35,087 nucleotides of DNA from Octopus bimaculoides (taxonomy: Eukaryota), in assembly GCF_001194135.2 (NCBI RefSeq), contig NC_068998.1, positions 23,049,226 through 23,084,312 on the forward strand, read 5' to 3'. The stretch's first letter is position 1. Each line of letters begins with the position of its first letter. Of the stretch, positions 24,187 through 35,087 are shown in pieces. The notes under the pieces were generated by a model. It searched no databases. It saw only the letters and a list, made by a program, of their open reading frames with translations, and was not told the origin of the DNA. The position numbers were made by a program, and so were the translations under genes.

Positions 24187-24552
24187 TGGCTTTGGTAGAC
24201 TGAAAATGAAAGAGGCCTGTAAGCCTGTCGTATGTATGTGTGTGTGTGTGTGTGTCTGTGTGTTGATGTGTGTGTGTGTGTGTGTGTGTGCGTGTGCGTG
24301 TTGATGTGTGTGTGTGTGTGTGTCTATGTCTGTGCGCGTGTTTGTGTCTGTGAATCGGTGTTTGTCCTTTCTCCGCTTGACAACCGGTGTGGTTGTGTTT
24401 ACGTCACAGTAACGTAGCAGTTCGCCCTAAGAGATCTATAGAATAAGTAGCAGGCTTAAGAAAAAAGTACTGGTATTGATTCACTCGACTAAAAATCCTT
24501 CAATGCGTTGCCCCACCGCGGCCGTAGTCTAATGACTAAAAGAAATAAGAGA
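24187..24552 (+). mobile_element. tRNA-derived SINE family A, 5'-truncated, with an expanded internal (TG)n tract
   Basis: TTTGGTAGACTGAAAATGAAAGA (cf. 32961-33102), internal microsatellite, then CGCTTGACAACC...GTGTTTACGTC...ATAGAATAAGTA...CTCGACTAAA...AATGACT, parallel to the 18028-18256 copy. Confidence 0.8.
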
Positions 24553-25836
24553 TACTAGCAACTTAAAATTTAACATTCGTCTTGTCTTCTAGATACAATT
24601 AATATTTACCACTAGCCAGACAAGTCATTACTCAGTGTAAATATAAACATATTTTTGTTGGAAATGTTTAGGGAATAAGTAAATGTAAAATATGAAAACC
24701 GAAAATGAAATATATATGGCGTATGACATGTATAAGTGAGTTTGAATTTTCGTCATATAGCCATAATTATCATAGACAACGCGTATCTCGTCTTTGTTAA
24801 TCAAATTAATCTGTGTGCAATGAATGCTAATACGTATAGTTGAAAAAACAATGCTGCTATAAGAGATTCCGAGTGAAGATATTGGTGCGTTCGTAGAAGG
24901 AACGTCTATGATAACGTATTTCGATTTAATCAAAAGTATAATCACAAATTAGGGTACTATGAATATTACTTGGTCTGAAATATACTAGTTGTAATTTTGG
25001 AGCCCGAACGTGGCAAATAACCACCGAGGAAACTGACATAGTATTACATTTCATATGTTAAATATACAAAGCTACTATAATTGGGTTAGAATTTTCGCCT
25101 ATGTAAACTTTAATATGAGGAACTCTCTTTAGAAAGTACCACATGTCATCAGACCGTGAGTTATTTTAACATTGAAAACATTTAAATTTGAAGTAACGTA
25201 CATAATTTTAGTTTACATAACTCTTCTTTCAGCGCTTAAATACACACTTTACAAATAATTAGCTATATAATTTGTATATTTGATAATTGAATCAAGCCTA
25301 CAACTCTTCCTTATTTAAATTGTTTACTTATATAATAACGGTGTCTAATGAAAATTACAGTTAAAATTATAAATACAGTATTTAAAAGATATCTGCGTAA
25401 TTTCTAATGTAATATTGAAAGTTCCTCTCATTACTTTTTTCAAATATAGAAAGTTTATTCATTTGTTTATCAAAAATGTAATTACATTTGTTTATATATT
25501 AATATTCACATCTTTATATTATGATTTTCATACTAATTAATAAATATTTTCCTCTCAATAATTTAAGATCAAATATACTAATAACTTATTAAGTTTATCG
25601 CTGATCTCTCACTACTTAAGAGTTTTATTCTTACATATTTTTTCTAACAATTAATTATTTATTTTATATACACTTTATATCTACTTTCATTATCATTCTT
25701 TTCTGCCTAATAACATTTTCTCTCTGTTATATTTAATAGATCACGGGATGTTTCACCACTCTCTGAGTCTCACTCTCTGTCTGTCTGTCTTTCTGCCTGT
25801 ATATCTATTTACTTATCTATCTGTCTACGAATGTTC

Positions 25837-25883
<47 letters not shown>

Positions 25884-26731
25884 NNNNNNNNNNNNNNNNN
25901 NNNNNNNNNNNNNNNNNNNNNNNNNNNNNNNNNNNNNNNNNNNNNNNNNNNNNNNNNNNNNNNNNNNNNNNNNNNNNNNNNNNNNNNNNNNNNNNNNNNN
26001 NNNNNNNNNNNNNNNNNNNNNNNNNNNNNNNNNNNNNNNNNNNNNNNNNNNNNNNNNNNNNNNNNNNNNNNNNNNNNNNNNNNNNNNNNNNNNNNNNNNN
26101 NNNNNNNNNNNNNNNNNNNNNNNNNNNNNNNNNNNNNNNNNNNNNNNNNNNNNNNNNNNNNNNNNNNNNNNNNNNNNNNNNNNNNNNNNNNNNNNNNNNN
26201 NNNNNNNNNNNNNNNNNNNNNNNNNNNNNNNNNNNNNNNNNNNNNNNNNNNNNNNNNNNNNNNNNNNNNNNNNNNNNNNNNNNNNNNNNNNNNNNNNNNN
26301 NNNNNNNNNNNNNNNNNNNNNNNNNNNNNNNNNNNNNNNNNNNNNNNNNNNNNNNNNNNNNNNNNNNNNNNNNNNNNNNNNNNNNNNNNNNNNNNNNNNN
26401 NNNNNNNNNNNNNNNNNNNNNNNNNNNNNNNNNNNNNNNNNNNNNNNNNNNNNNNNNNNNNNNNNNNNNNNNNNNNNNNNNNNNNNNNNNNNNNNNNNNN
26501 NNNNNNNNNNNNNNNNNNACACACACACATATATATATATATATACATACATATATATATATAAGGAGAATTCACAAAAAAAAACAGACAAAGACAGATG
26601 GTGTTGAAAACAAATAGATGTATTAGTATAACACTCGGGAATTGAGAAAGTCTTTAATGTTTCGAGAAAAGAAACGGAAAGAAACAAGGAGAGAAAAAAT
26701 GTGTGTAGTGGTCACCGATTTATCATGCCGA

Positions 26732-26775
<44 letters not shown>

Positions 26776-26848
26776 GTGCGTGTGTGTGTGTTTGTGTGTG
26801 TGTATGTATACATATATATATATATATATATGTGTGTGTATGTATGAA

Positions 26849-26879
<31 letters not shown>

Positions 26880-27266
26880 GTGTGTATGTGTGCGTGTGTG
26901 TGTGCGTATGCACGCATACATGTGTGTGTGCGTGCATGTGTGTATGTGTGTGCGTATATATATATATGTGTATTAATTAATGTGATTAAATTTCTTAGAT
27001 TACTTCTGGCAGAGAGAACGAACGTATAACGTAAAAACGGACGATCAGCAGTAAATACAGTTTATTTAGTAATATCTCTCATCCACTTAGTACCATAGGG
27101 CACAAATTCGATGAGCACCACTGAGACATCGGTTACGAAGAAGAATGCATCAGATTGCTATGTACTACACGTATTTCAGAATCAGTGCCGAGCGACTATT
27201 GACTAACTTTAACGTGCTACCAATTTATTCAATTTTCTTCTTCATTACTTGCTTTCCACCTTTCAG

Positions 27267-27342
27267 TTAGAAATTCTTGGTCGTAATGAATTCGTCAAGA
27301 AAAAACTGGGAGAAACATTTAAACATATCAACAGTCCAAAGT
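27267..27342 (+). CDS. Candidate 76-nt exon (LEILGRNEFVKKKLGETFKHINSPK), gene unknown
   Basis: Long polypyrimidine tract ttttcttcttcattacttgctttccacctttcag| and AAGT|gtgagt donor; only one frame is open. Confidence 0.45.
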
Positions 27343-27660
27343 GTGAGTCGAAATAAAAATTGAACATGCAGTAAAGCTTTTGCCTCTTCTGCAGATAACT
27401 TAAACGTAGTAGAATGTGTTGTGGCTGTATGATTAGATTGTTGCCAGTATAGATGTTTCTATGGGGTGGTTTTAAAGAGTTCTTCGGCGCTTAATGTTTT
27501 CACTAAATAGTTATAAAGCCGTACAAATGGCGCCACTGTTGAAACGGCATTATATACAGGATGGGGTGTTAATTGCCTAGATCAGACTATGCCATACGGA
27601 AAGTGGAAAGGTGAAGGGGAAACGATAAAACAATGATAAAATACCAGATATAGAGCCATT

Positions 27661-27886
27661 TATAATTTACTTGTCCTCACACATTCCAACAAACAGTCGT
27701 CAGTACATAAAATAAAGCTAGAAAGGTGCAACTATTCACAGTATACATTTAAAGAATATACATCCTACTCATCGCTCGCTCATGCAACATATTTGCTCAT
27801 ATGTGCATGCGCAAACATATCGTAAATATATACATGTATATGCACGAACAAACTCTCGCACAAACAAGCACACTCACATACATACC

Positions 27887-27920
<34 letters not shown>

Positions 27921-28588
27921 NNNNNNNNNNNNNNNNNNNNNNNNNNNNNNNNNNNNNNNNNNNNNNNNNNNNNNNNNNNNNNNNNNNNNNNNNNNNNNNN
28001 NNNNNNNNNNNNNNNNNNNNNNNNNNNNNNNNNNNNNNNNNNNNNNNNNNNNNNNNNNNNNNNNNNNNNNNNNNNNNNNNNNNNNNNNNNNNNNNNNNNN
28101 NNNNNNNNNNNNNNNNNNNNNNNNNNNNNNNNNNNNNNNNNNNNNNNNNNNNNNNNNNNNNNNNNNNNNNNNNNNNNNNNNNNNNNNNNNNNNNNNNNNN
28201 NNNNNNNNNNNNNNNNNNNNNNNNNNNNNNNNNNNNNNNNNNNNNNNNNNNNNNNNNNNNNNNNNNNNNNNNNNNNNNNNNTTATAAGCCATTTCAAATA
28301 ACACACAAAAACCGTTAGATTCACTTCAATATTTAAATTTAATTTAATTAGATGCAGCACATAATTTTGTCAGTGAACAGGGCACGGTCTCAAAGCGACG
28401 AAAATATTTTGACAAATTAACTTTAAATGTTGAAGGGAATCTAACGGTTTTTGTGTGTTATTTTAAATGCAATTGTTTTCGTTCCAGCACACGATCTCAG
28501 ATCAGGTCACTTGCTATGAAAGTACATCTCCGTAATATATATATATATAAATGTACATACATGCACACACACACATACACACACACAT

Positions 28589-28640
<52 letters not shown>

Positions 28641-28657
28641 GTGTGTGNNNNNNNNNN

Positions 28658-28713
<56 letters not shown>

Positions 28714-29305
28714 TTGTGTGTGTATGTGTGTGTGTATGTGTGTGTGTGCATGTATATATATATATAATATATATAATAATATTATTAGGGACAAAATCCA
28801 AAATTACAGGTAAAAAACTCAATTAAAATCAATTTATAAAAAATTAAAATTAAATTGAGCCTTATAGATAAAGTATATATAAAATATATATAGTTTTAGG
28901 GAAAATAACCAATTTTCAAGATAGTGGATTTTCATCGATGAGTTCTTGAAANNNNNNNNNNNNNNNNNNNNNNNNNNNNNNNNNNNNNNNNNNNNNNNNN
29001 NNNNNNNNNNNNNNNNNNNNNNNNNNNNNNNNNNNNNNNNNNNNNNNNNNNNNNNNNNNNNNNNNNNNNNNNNNNNNNNNNNNNNNNNNNNNNNNNNNNN
29101 NNNNNATATAGATTCAAGGCTTGAATATGGTACTTATGCGAAGGCATATGTTTGCGCATGCACATATGAGCAAATATGTTGCATGAGCGAGCGATGAGTA
29201 GGATGTATATTCTTTAAATGTATACTGTGAATAGTTGCACCTTTCTAGCTTTATTTTATGTACTGACGACTGTTTGTTGGAATGTGTGAGGACAAGTAAA
29301 TTATA
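27661..29305. repeat. Perfect 160-bp inverted repeat (27661-27820 and 29146-29305) enclosing microsatellites and gaps
   Basis: Base-by-base manual comparison found no mismatch between the left arm and the reverse complement of the right arm. Confidence 0.93.
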
Positions 29306-29894
29306 TATATGTAAAATTGTCATGTCCACTAACGTTACACCACTGTATTTAGTGACTATTTATTTTTTGTGGATGAAAAAGGCATTGTGCTGGTGATAGA
29401 ACGAAATCTCCCGAAATATGGCATATACGCCCCTTACCCCTTTTTCATTTTCGATGTTATTGTTTGTTTATATCTGCTATCTCGGAGACGAAACATCGTA
29501 ACAAAAATCAGTACTTGCTATTATTTTCATAGAATATCAGTAGAGGTGACCTTAACAAGTGATCTACACTATATTTCTTTCACTTCAAACTTTAATACTG
29601 GTAACACTTTTAATAAAACTGCACGGGAACTATATTGCGAGATATCCAAACACCAGAACACATGTCGGACAAAGATTTAAATTAAAAATATTGTATAAAT
29701 GACTGTAATAAAAAAAAGAATCTGTAGATATATTATTTTCCTTATTTATTTTATTTAATTATTTTTATTTATTTATGTTTTATATACACTACTAAACAAC
29801 GTATAATCCAATAATGAGAACCCAGGCTTTACATATACTCACAGGCTGCGTGTCTTTGTGTTACCACGCTTCTCTCCTGTTTGTTGATTTTTGC

Positions 29895-30312
29895 AGTGGT
29901 TGGAAAGAGGGAAAAGTATGCTTGCATCATATTCTCTTTGCTGGGGAAAACAGCAGCCAAAACAGATGTCACGCTTTTGACAGCTTACAAGAGCACTGAC
30001 ATGAACAAAACACACGTTAACTATTGGTTTCTACGCTTTAAGAATGGTAACTTGTCGCTTGAAAACCAACCCCGTTCTAAAGAAACGTAAACCTCTCAAA
30101 CGAAATAAAATATTGTGAAAGTTCATGAACGGAACTTGGAGGACGTCATTGAATAATTGACGAATATGTTGATATGGGTGGTGTGTCCTGGAGCTCTTGA
30201 CTGCGAATTTGAGCGGGGAATTGTGAATGCAAAGAGTTCCACCACTGCTTTGAATAGTGGAAAACAGGTTTGGACAGATGCGCCGCTTCAAAATAGAGAA
30301 TACTTTGAATAC
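29895..30312 (+). mobile_element. Internally deleted mariner transposase relic
   Basis: N-terminal HTH region CIIFSLLGKTAAKT...TAYK...MNKTHVNYWFLRFKNGNLSLENQPRS, then ENIVKV-like and GVSWSS.LRI, joined directly to the C-terminal KEFHHCFE*WK...RCAAS.REYFE. The DD34D core is absent; TIRs not resolved. Confidence 0.85.
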
Positions 30313-31050
30313 CATAAACGTGTATATATATATATATATATAACAAATTAAAAGGGTAAAGGTTTATCAATTTATTAATTTGTTAATGAATCAACAATTA
30401 AGCTGCTATTTCTGAACTTCGGTATGTGGTGAAGCAAATATTTGCTGATCCCTTAATTGTGTATGTATATNNNNNNNNNNNNNNNNNNNNNNNNNNNNNN
30501 NNNNNNNNNNNNNNNNNNATATATATATATATATACATATATACACATGTATAACACGAAAGTATTTTGTGTATAAGTGTATGAGTATTTGTAGATGGGT
30601 ATGTATGTGTGCGTATATATAAACATATACACATTTACAAGTGAACGTGCACACATACATAAATAGATTAGTAAACATATATAAATCACTCCGTAATTGG
30701 AACTCCAGGTACGCGAAGTCTATAAATATCAGCATATGAATATCGGTTTCAAAAACCCTAAAAAACTTTTGGGGATACAAAATGTCGGAGGCACCCTGTG
30801 TTACACGAACCCACATCATCTTAAGCCATGAATATGTGAGAGTTGTAGAACGTCAATATTTATATGCTATTATTTATTGCGTTATACATACTTCGAGATC
30901 CAACTCTCAAAATGAACCATTTTACCCATTTTCTCGAAAGTTTTTACACTTCTATATACATATGTGTGCGTGCGTGTGTGTGTAATATGTATAAGTACAT
31001 ATAAATAGATACATAGAAAGGTAAATAGATAGTTACATAGATAGATAGAC

Positions 31051-31110
<60 letters not shown>

Positions 31111-31836
31111 TTATTCAGCCATGCATGCATATATCCACACGTACATATATATATAACATCTGCGTAAACACACTTTGCCAATTTATGTCTTGTGACGTAA
31201 TTATAATGTTTGTAATTTTCTTTATAACCTGAGATATATTGAATTATTAAAGTGAACTTTTTTCGTAGGTGTGATGTTCTATCATTAATAATGTACGTTA
31301 AAGACAATGTGCTGGCAATATATTAGCTATTTAACTGATTTTAAACTGAATTTTATTGATGGTGAAAGATATCTTATTATCGCAAATTAAATAAATATAT
31401 TAAAGTCACAAAATTATGTAGACATAAGAGATTAATAGCAATTTATAGGGATATTTATTAAATTTTTTCTTTATTTTCTTCTTTATTTTGGTTATTTGCG
31501 TTTCATTATTTCATATTCTCAGCTTCAATTATGTCTTCATCTCATGTGCATAATAATTTTTGATTCAAATAATAGTAGTAGGTATATTTTGACGGAGCAG
31601 TGTGTTTGGGCACGAATTCGCTATTTATGCATCGTAAGTTTCAATTAACACCCAAATCTAACTTGGACATGAGAATGATGGGTGAAAGTAATGGATGACG
31701 AGAGGCAGACAGTAACTGAGTATATTTCGCACGTCTAATTTTAATATACAGGACGTTGTTGACAATGTCGGCCGACGGCGAATGTTATCACTTCTTCAAG
31801 ACTGGAATAATTTAGAATAGCTACACACACACACAC

Positions 31837-31892
<56 letters not shown>

Positions 31893-32720
31893 NNNNNNNN
31901 NNNNNNNNNNNNNNNNNNNNNNNNNNNNNNNNNNNNNNNNNNNNNNNNNNNNNNNNNNNNNNNNNNNNNNNNNNNNNNNNNNNNNNNNNNNNNNNNNNNN
32001 NNNNNNNNNNNNNNNNNNNNNNNNNNNNNNNNNNNNNNNNNNNNNNNNNNNNNNNNNNNNNNNNNNNNNNNNNNNNNNNNNNNNNNNNNNNNNNNNNNNN
32101 NNNNNNNNNNNNNNNNNNNNNNNNNNNNNNNNNNNNNNNNNNNNNNNNNNNNNNNNNNNNNNNNNNNNNNNNNNNNNNNNNNNNNNNNNNNNNNNNNNNN
32201 NNNNNNNNNNNNNNNNNNNNNNNNNNNNNNNNNNNNNNNNNNNNNNNNNNNNNNNNNNNNNNNNNNNNNNNNNNNNNNNNNNNNNNNNNNNNNNNNNNNN
32301 NNNNNNNNNNNNNNNNNNNNNNNNNNNNNNNNNNNNNNNNNNNNNNNNNNNNNNNNNNNNNNNNNNNNNNNNNNNNNNNNNNNNNNNNNNNNNNNNNNNN
32401 NNNNNNNNNNNNNNNNNNNNNNNNNNNNNNNNNNNNNNNNNNNNNNNNNNNNNNNNNNNNNNNNNNNNNNNNNNNNNNNNNNNNNNNNNNNNNNNNNNNN
32501 NNNNNNNNNNNNNNNNNNNNNNNNNNNNNNNNNNNNNNNNNNNNNNNNNNNNNNNNNNNNNNNNNNNNNNNNNNNNNNNNNNNNNNNNNNNNNNNNNNNN
32601 NNNNNNNNNNNNNNNNNNNNNNNNNNNNNNNNNNNNNNNNNNNNNNNNNNNNNNNNNNNNNNNNNNNNNNNNNNNNNNNNNNNNNNNNNNNNNNNNNNNN
32701 NNNNNNNNNNNNNNNNNNNN

Positions 32721-32862
32721 ATGTGACAATTATTCGGTTGCCATAATAAAACTCCGAATATCAAATGTCGGGACGGAAATCTACTCCGGCACCTCCTTAG
32801 TTATTAAGACAAAACAAAAATGCTTCCTAGTTTTGTTATCCCAACCAAATAATTGTCACATA
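32721..32862. mobile_element. MITE, ~140 bp, ~33-bp imperfect TIRs, TA-flanked (Tc1/mariner-like target)
   Basis: ATGTGACAATTATTCGGTTG(CCATAATAAAACT) at 32721 versus (AGTTTTGTTATCC)CAACCAAATAATTGTCACAT ending at 32861. The left flank abuts a gap. Confidence 0.72.
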
Positions 32863-32960
32863 TTATTTTACAGATAAATTCTTCTTTTTACATAATATCG
32901 GGAACTCATTCATTGCTTTGTTGCCTTACTATTACTATTACTAATAATATATATATATGT

Positions 32961-33101
32961 GACGGTTTCTTTCAGTTTCCATCTACCAAATCCACTCACA
33001 AGGCTTTGGTCGGTCTGAGATTATAGTAGAAGATTCTTGCCCAAGTTGCCACACAGTAGAACTGAACACGGAACCATGTGGTTATTAAGCCACTCCTGCG
33101 C

Positions 33102-33102
<1 letters not shown>
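32961..33102 (-). mobile_element. 5' half (tRNA-like head plus central domain) of SINE family A
   Basis: Minus: GGCGCAGGAGTGGC (A-box-like)...GGTTCCGTGTTCAGTTC (B-box-like)...CTTGGGCAAG...CTTCTACTATA...CCGACCAAAGCCTTGTGAGTGGATTTGGTAGA; overlaps the other two copies in the GAGTGGATTTGGTAGA region. Confidence 0.85.
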
Positions 33103-33137
<35 letters not shown>

Positions 33138-33147
33138 NNNNNNNNNN

Positions 33148-33186
<39 letters not shown>

Positions 33187-33452
33187 ACGCATACATACAT
33201 GTATAGACGTATAATCATATTCATATATACCTATACATATGTGTGTGAATATGTTTGTGGGTACCTCTATATATATATACATATATGTACACATCTATGT
33301 ATATATGTATATATATATATGTATATGTATATATGCATCTAATTGGATGCATTCCACTATTTCTTTTTCGGATATAATGTAAATATGACCAAAATATCAA
33401 ATGAACCCTTTCTCTCTTTTCAGTAATACAAAGTATAGAAGGGGGCCCTATT

Positions 33453-33522
33453 GCAGTATTATCAGCAAACCGGTAAAAATGTCTACCGGCATTTCGTCTG
33501 TCTTTCCGTGCTGGGTTCAAAT
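33453..33522 (+). mobile_element. Head fragment of a second tRNA-derived SINE family (B)
   Basis: GCAGTATTATCAGCAAACCGGTAAAAATG...GCATTTCGTCTGTCTTT...GGGTTCAAAT (B-box); resembles a recalled octopus SINE head. Confidence 0.6.
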
Positions 33523-35087
33523 GACAATATGGTCAATTGTTTCAAAAATTTGAAACCAACGTTACAAGCTATAATTTCATATATTCCACACTTGTTTCAT
33601 TCGTATATGTTTTAGACATACTTTCAAAAAAACCACTTCTAGTCAGCAAATGTTCTGTTGATGATTTCCCATAAGTCCATGTAGAAGAAAAATACTTTTA
33701 GCAGGTTGTCGTTTCTCTTTGATTGGCTTGAAATTTGAAATTACCTTTTCAGTTGCAGCTGGATAAATTAACAATAATACTTATATCAGATATTCGGAAA
33801 AACGTATGGCTAGTCTTAATTAAGCACCAGTGAAGATATTGGCTCAATGTAACCGGTAAAAAAAATAAGCAACGCATAAAATGCCCATAGAAATACACGA
33901 TTAATATTAGACAACGATTACTTCATAATATACATAATAACCGTTTCTTGTAACACTTGTTACAATATGAAAATATCCAAACATTGCATTTTGGAACAAT
34001 TGCCAATTACATGAATATTCTTCTAGATGTTAAGAAATAATGTGCTCCCTATGATCTTGCGGAATTAATTTGTGGCGACTTCTAAGGCGTAGCCTTTATA
34101 AGTGCAAGCTTGAACAATCATATTAGTTACTTAGTACAATGTATAACGGATGTTCAATTGATTTGCAGGAGGTTTGATGTTGTTGATAAGATTCTATGAA
34201 CTACGAATCCAACTCCATGGTTGAATGTTTATTTTATTTTTCGTTAAGATTAATGTCTTCTGGTCGGTTTATTACAATTTGTATAATGGAACAATATTAA
34301 CGTTAAATATAGAAATATACGTATTTCTTACTGTTGTTTATCGTGAATTTTACTACGAAAGAATTGGTTAAGTAATTAATAACGCCAATATCCCTGTATA
34401 TATTATACATTTTTCACGTTTTAAGGAACTGATTGTCGTTTATTCAATAGCATTCTTTTACAAAGAAATACGATTATTGCATTTTACTGCTCTGATTAAC
34501 CAGAAAAAAAATCATTCTTGTGGGTTCATACTCCAGCTGATATTTGAAGTGTATATTTTCATCTCTTTTGTTCTTTATTCTACTCCAAATATTTACCAGA
34601 ATCAGTTATAGTTAAAAGCATTAGTTTACACGCAACAAACGTAAAGCGTATGAGTGAACAGATTCGCTTTCGAGTCTGTTAAATGTAGAATCTTACATCC
34701 TTTGAAGAGAATAAGGGTCAAAATCAGTGAATTTGATAGGTCTCCAAATGGAGGATTGTCACTTGCGCGTTATAAATGAAGCTGAGCCATAAGAGATCAT
34801 AGCGTTATATAAAGCAAAGGAGATGTGATTATATTCAAAATCTAACATATAAAAAGTATTGCAGCAGTCCCGATCATTATCCATCATAGAAACAGAAGGC
34901 ATGGAGAATGGAATAAAACGAAAGAAACCAATGAAAGTTTGTGTGAGTCTTTGTATATATATATATATATATATATATAAGATACTGGTGCCACAATGCA
35001 CCAATAATTACTGGAAATAGCAGTCGATAATACAATATACGACGCTATAGAAAAGCTTGACTGTATATATATATAAATATATATATA

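Noticed and set aside
25090-25152. CTGATGA...CGAAA on the minus strand
   Set aside because: No stable stem II and no GUH cleavage triplet with stem I.
29263-29305. CTGACGA hammerhead core within the 160-bp inverted repeat
   Set aside because: Followed by TAAA rather than GAAA, with no credible stems I or III.
30760-30799. Lone Tc1-like terminal sequence (reverse ACAGGGTG...)
   Set aside because: No partner TIR or TSD found in the window.
32961-33102. tRNA gene
   Set aside because: A/B-box-like head only, no cloverleaf, and continuous with a SINE body.
34600-34640. Exon continuing the 27267-27342 candidate
   Set aside because: Direct splicing would create TAA at the junction; no other support.

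Overview
AT-rich eukaryotic draft-assembly scaffold with 14 N-gaps and dense (TA)n/(CA)n/(TG)n microsatellites. The SINE families and repeat landscape look like octopus (inference from recalled repeat consensus, not a database hit). Nearly all ORF-track entries are microsatellite or gap artefacts. Recognisable coding content is decayed transposons: a Penelope-like retroelement (RT + GIY-YIG, minus, ~2.6-4.7 kb), a Chapaev3-like DDE transposase (6.4-7.9 kb), an R4/Dong-clade non-LTR element (8.9-11.5 kb), an RTE fragment (14.8-15.4 kb), an internally deleted mariner (29.9-30.3 kb), tRNA-derived SINE pieces and a TA-flanked MITE. No host gene can be identified; a few short exon candidates with canonical splice sites are listed at low confidence. 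The best lead is a ~250-bp palindrome at 16.4-16.7 kb carrying two divergent minimal type-I hammerhead ribozyme motifs, with a third hammerhead-like motif at 17.9-18.0 kb. Also notable are a ~1-kb foldback of ~355-bp units (5.1-6.1 kb), a perfect 160-bp inverted repeat (27.66/29.15 kb) and a symmetric two-strand splice-signal cassette (11.85-12.0 kb).
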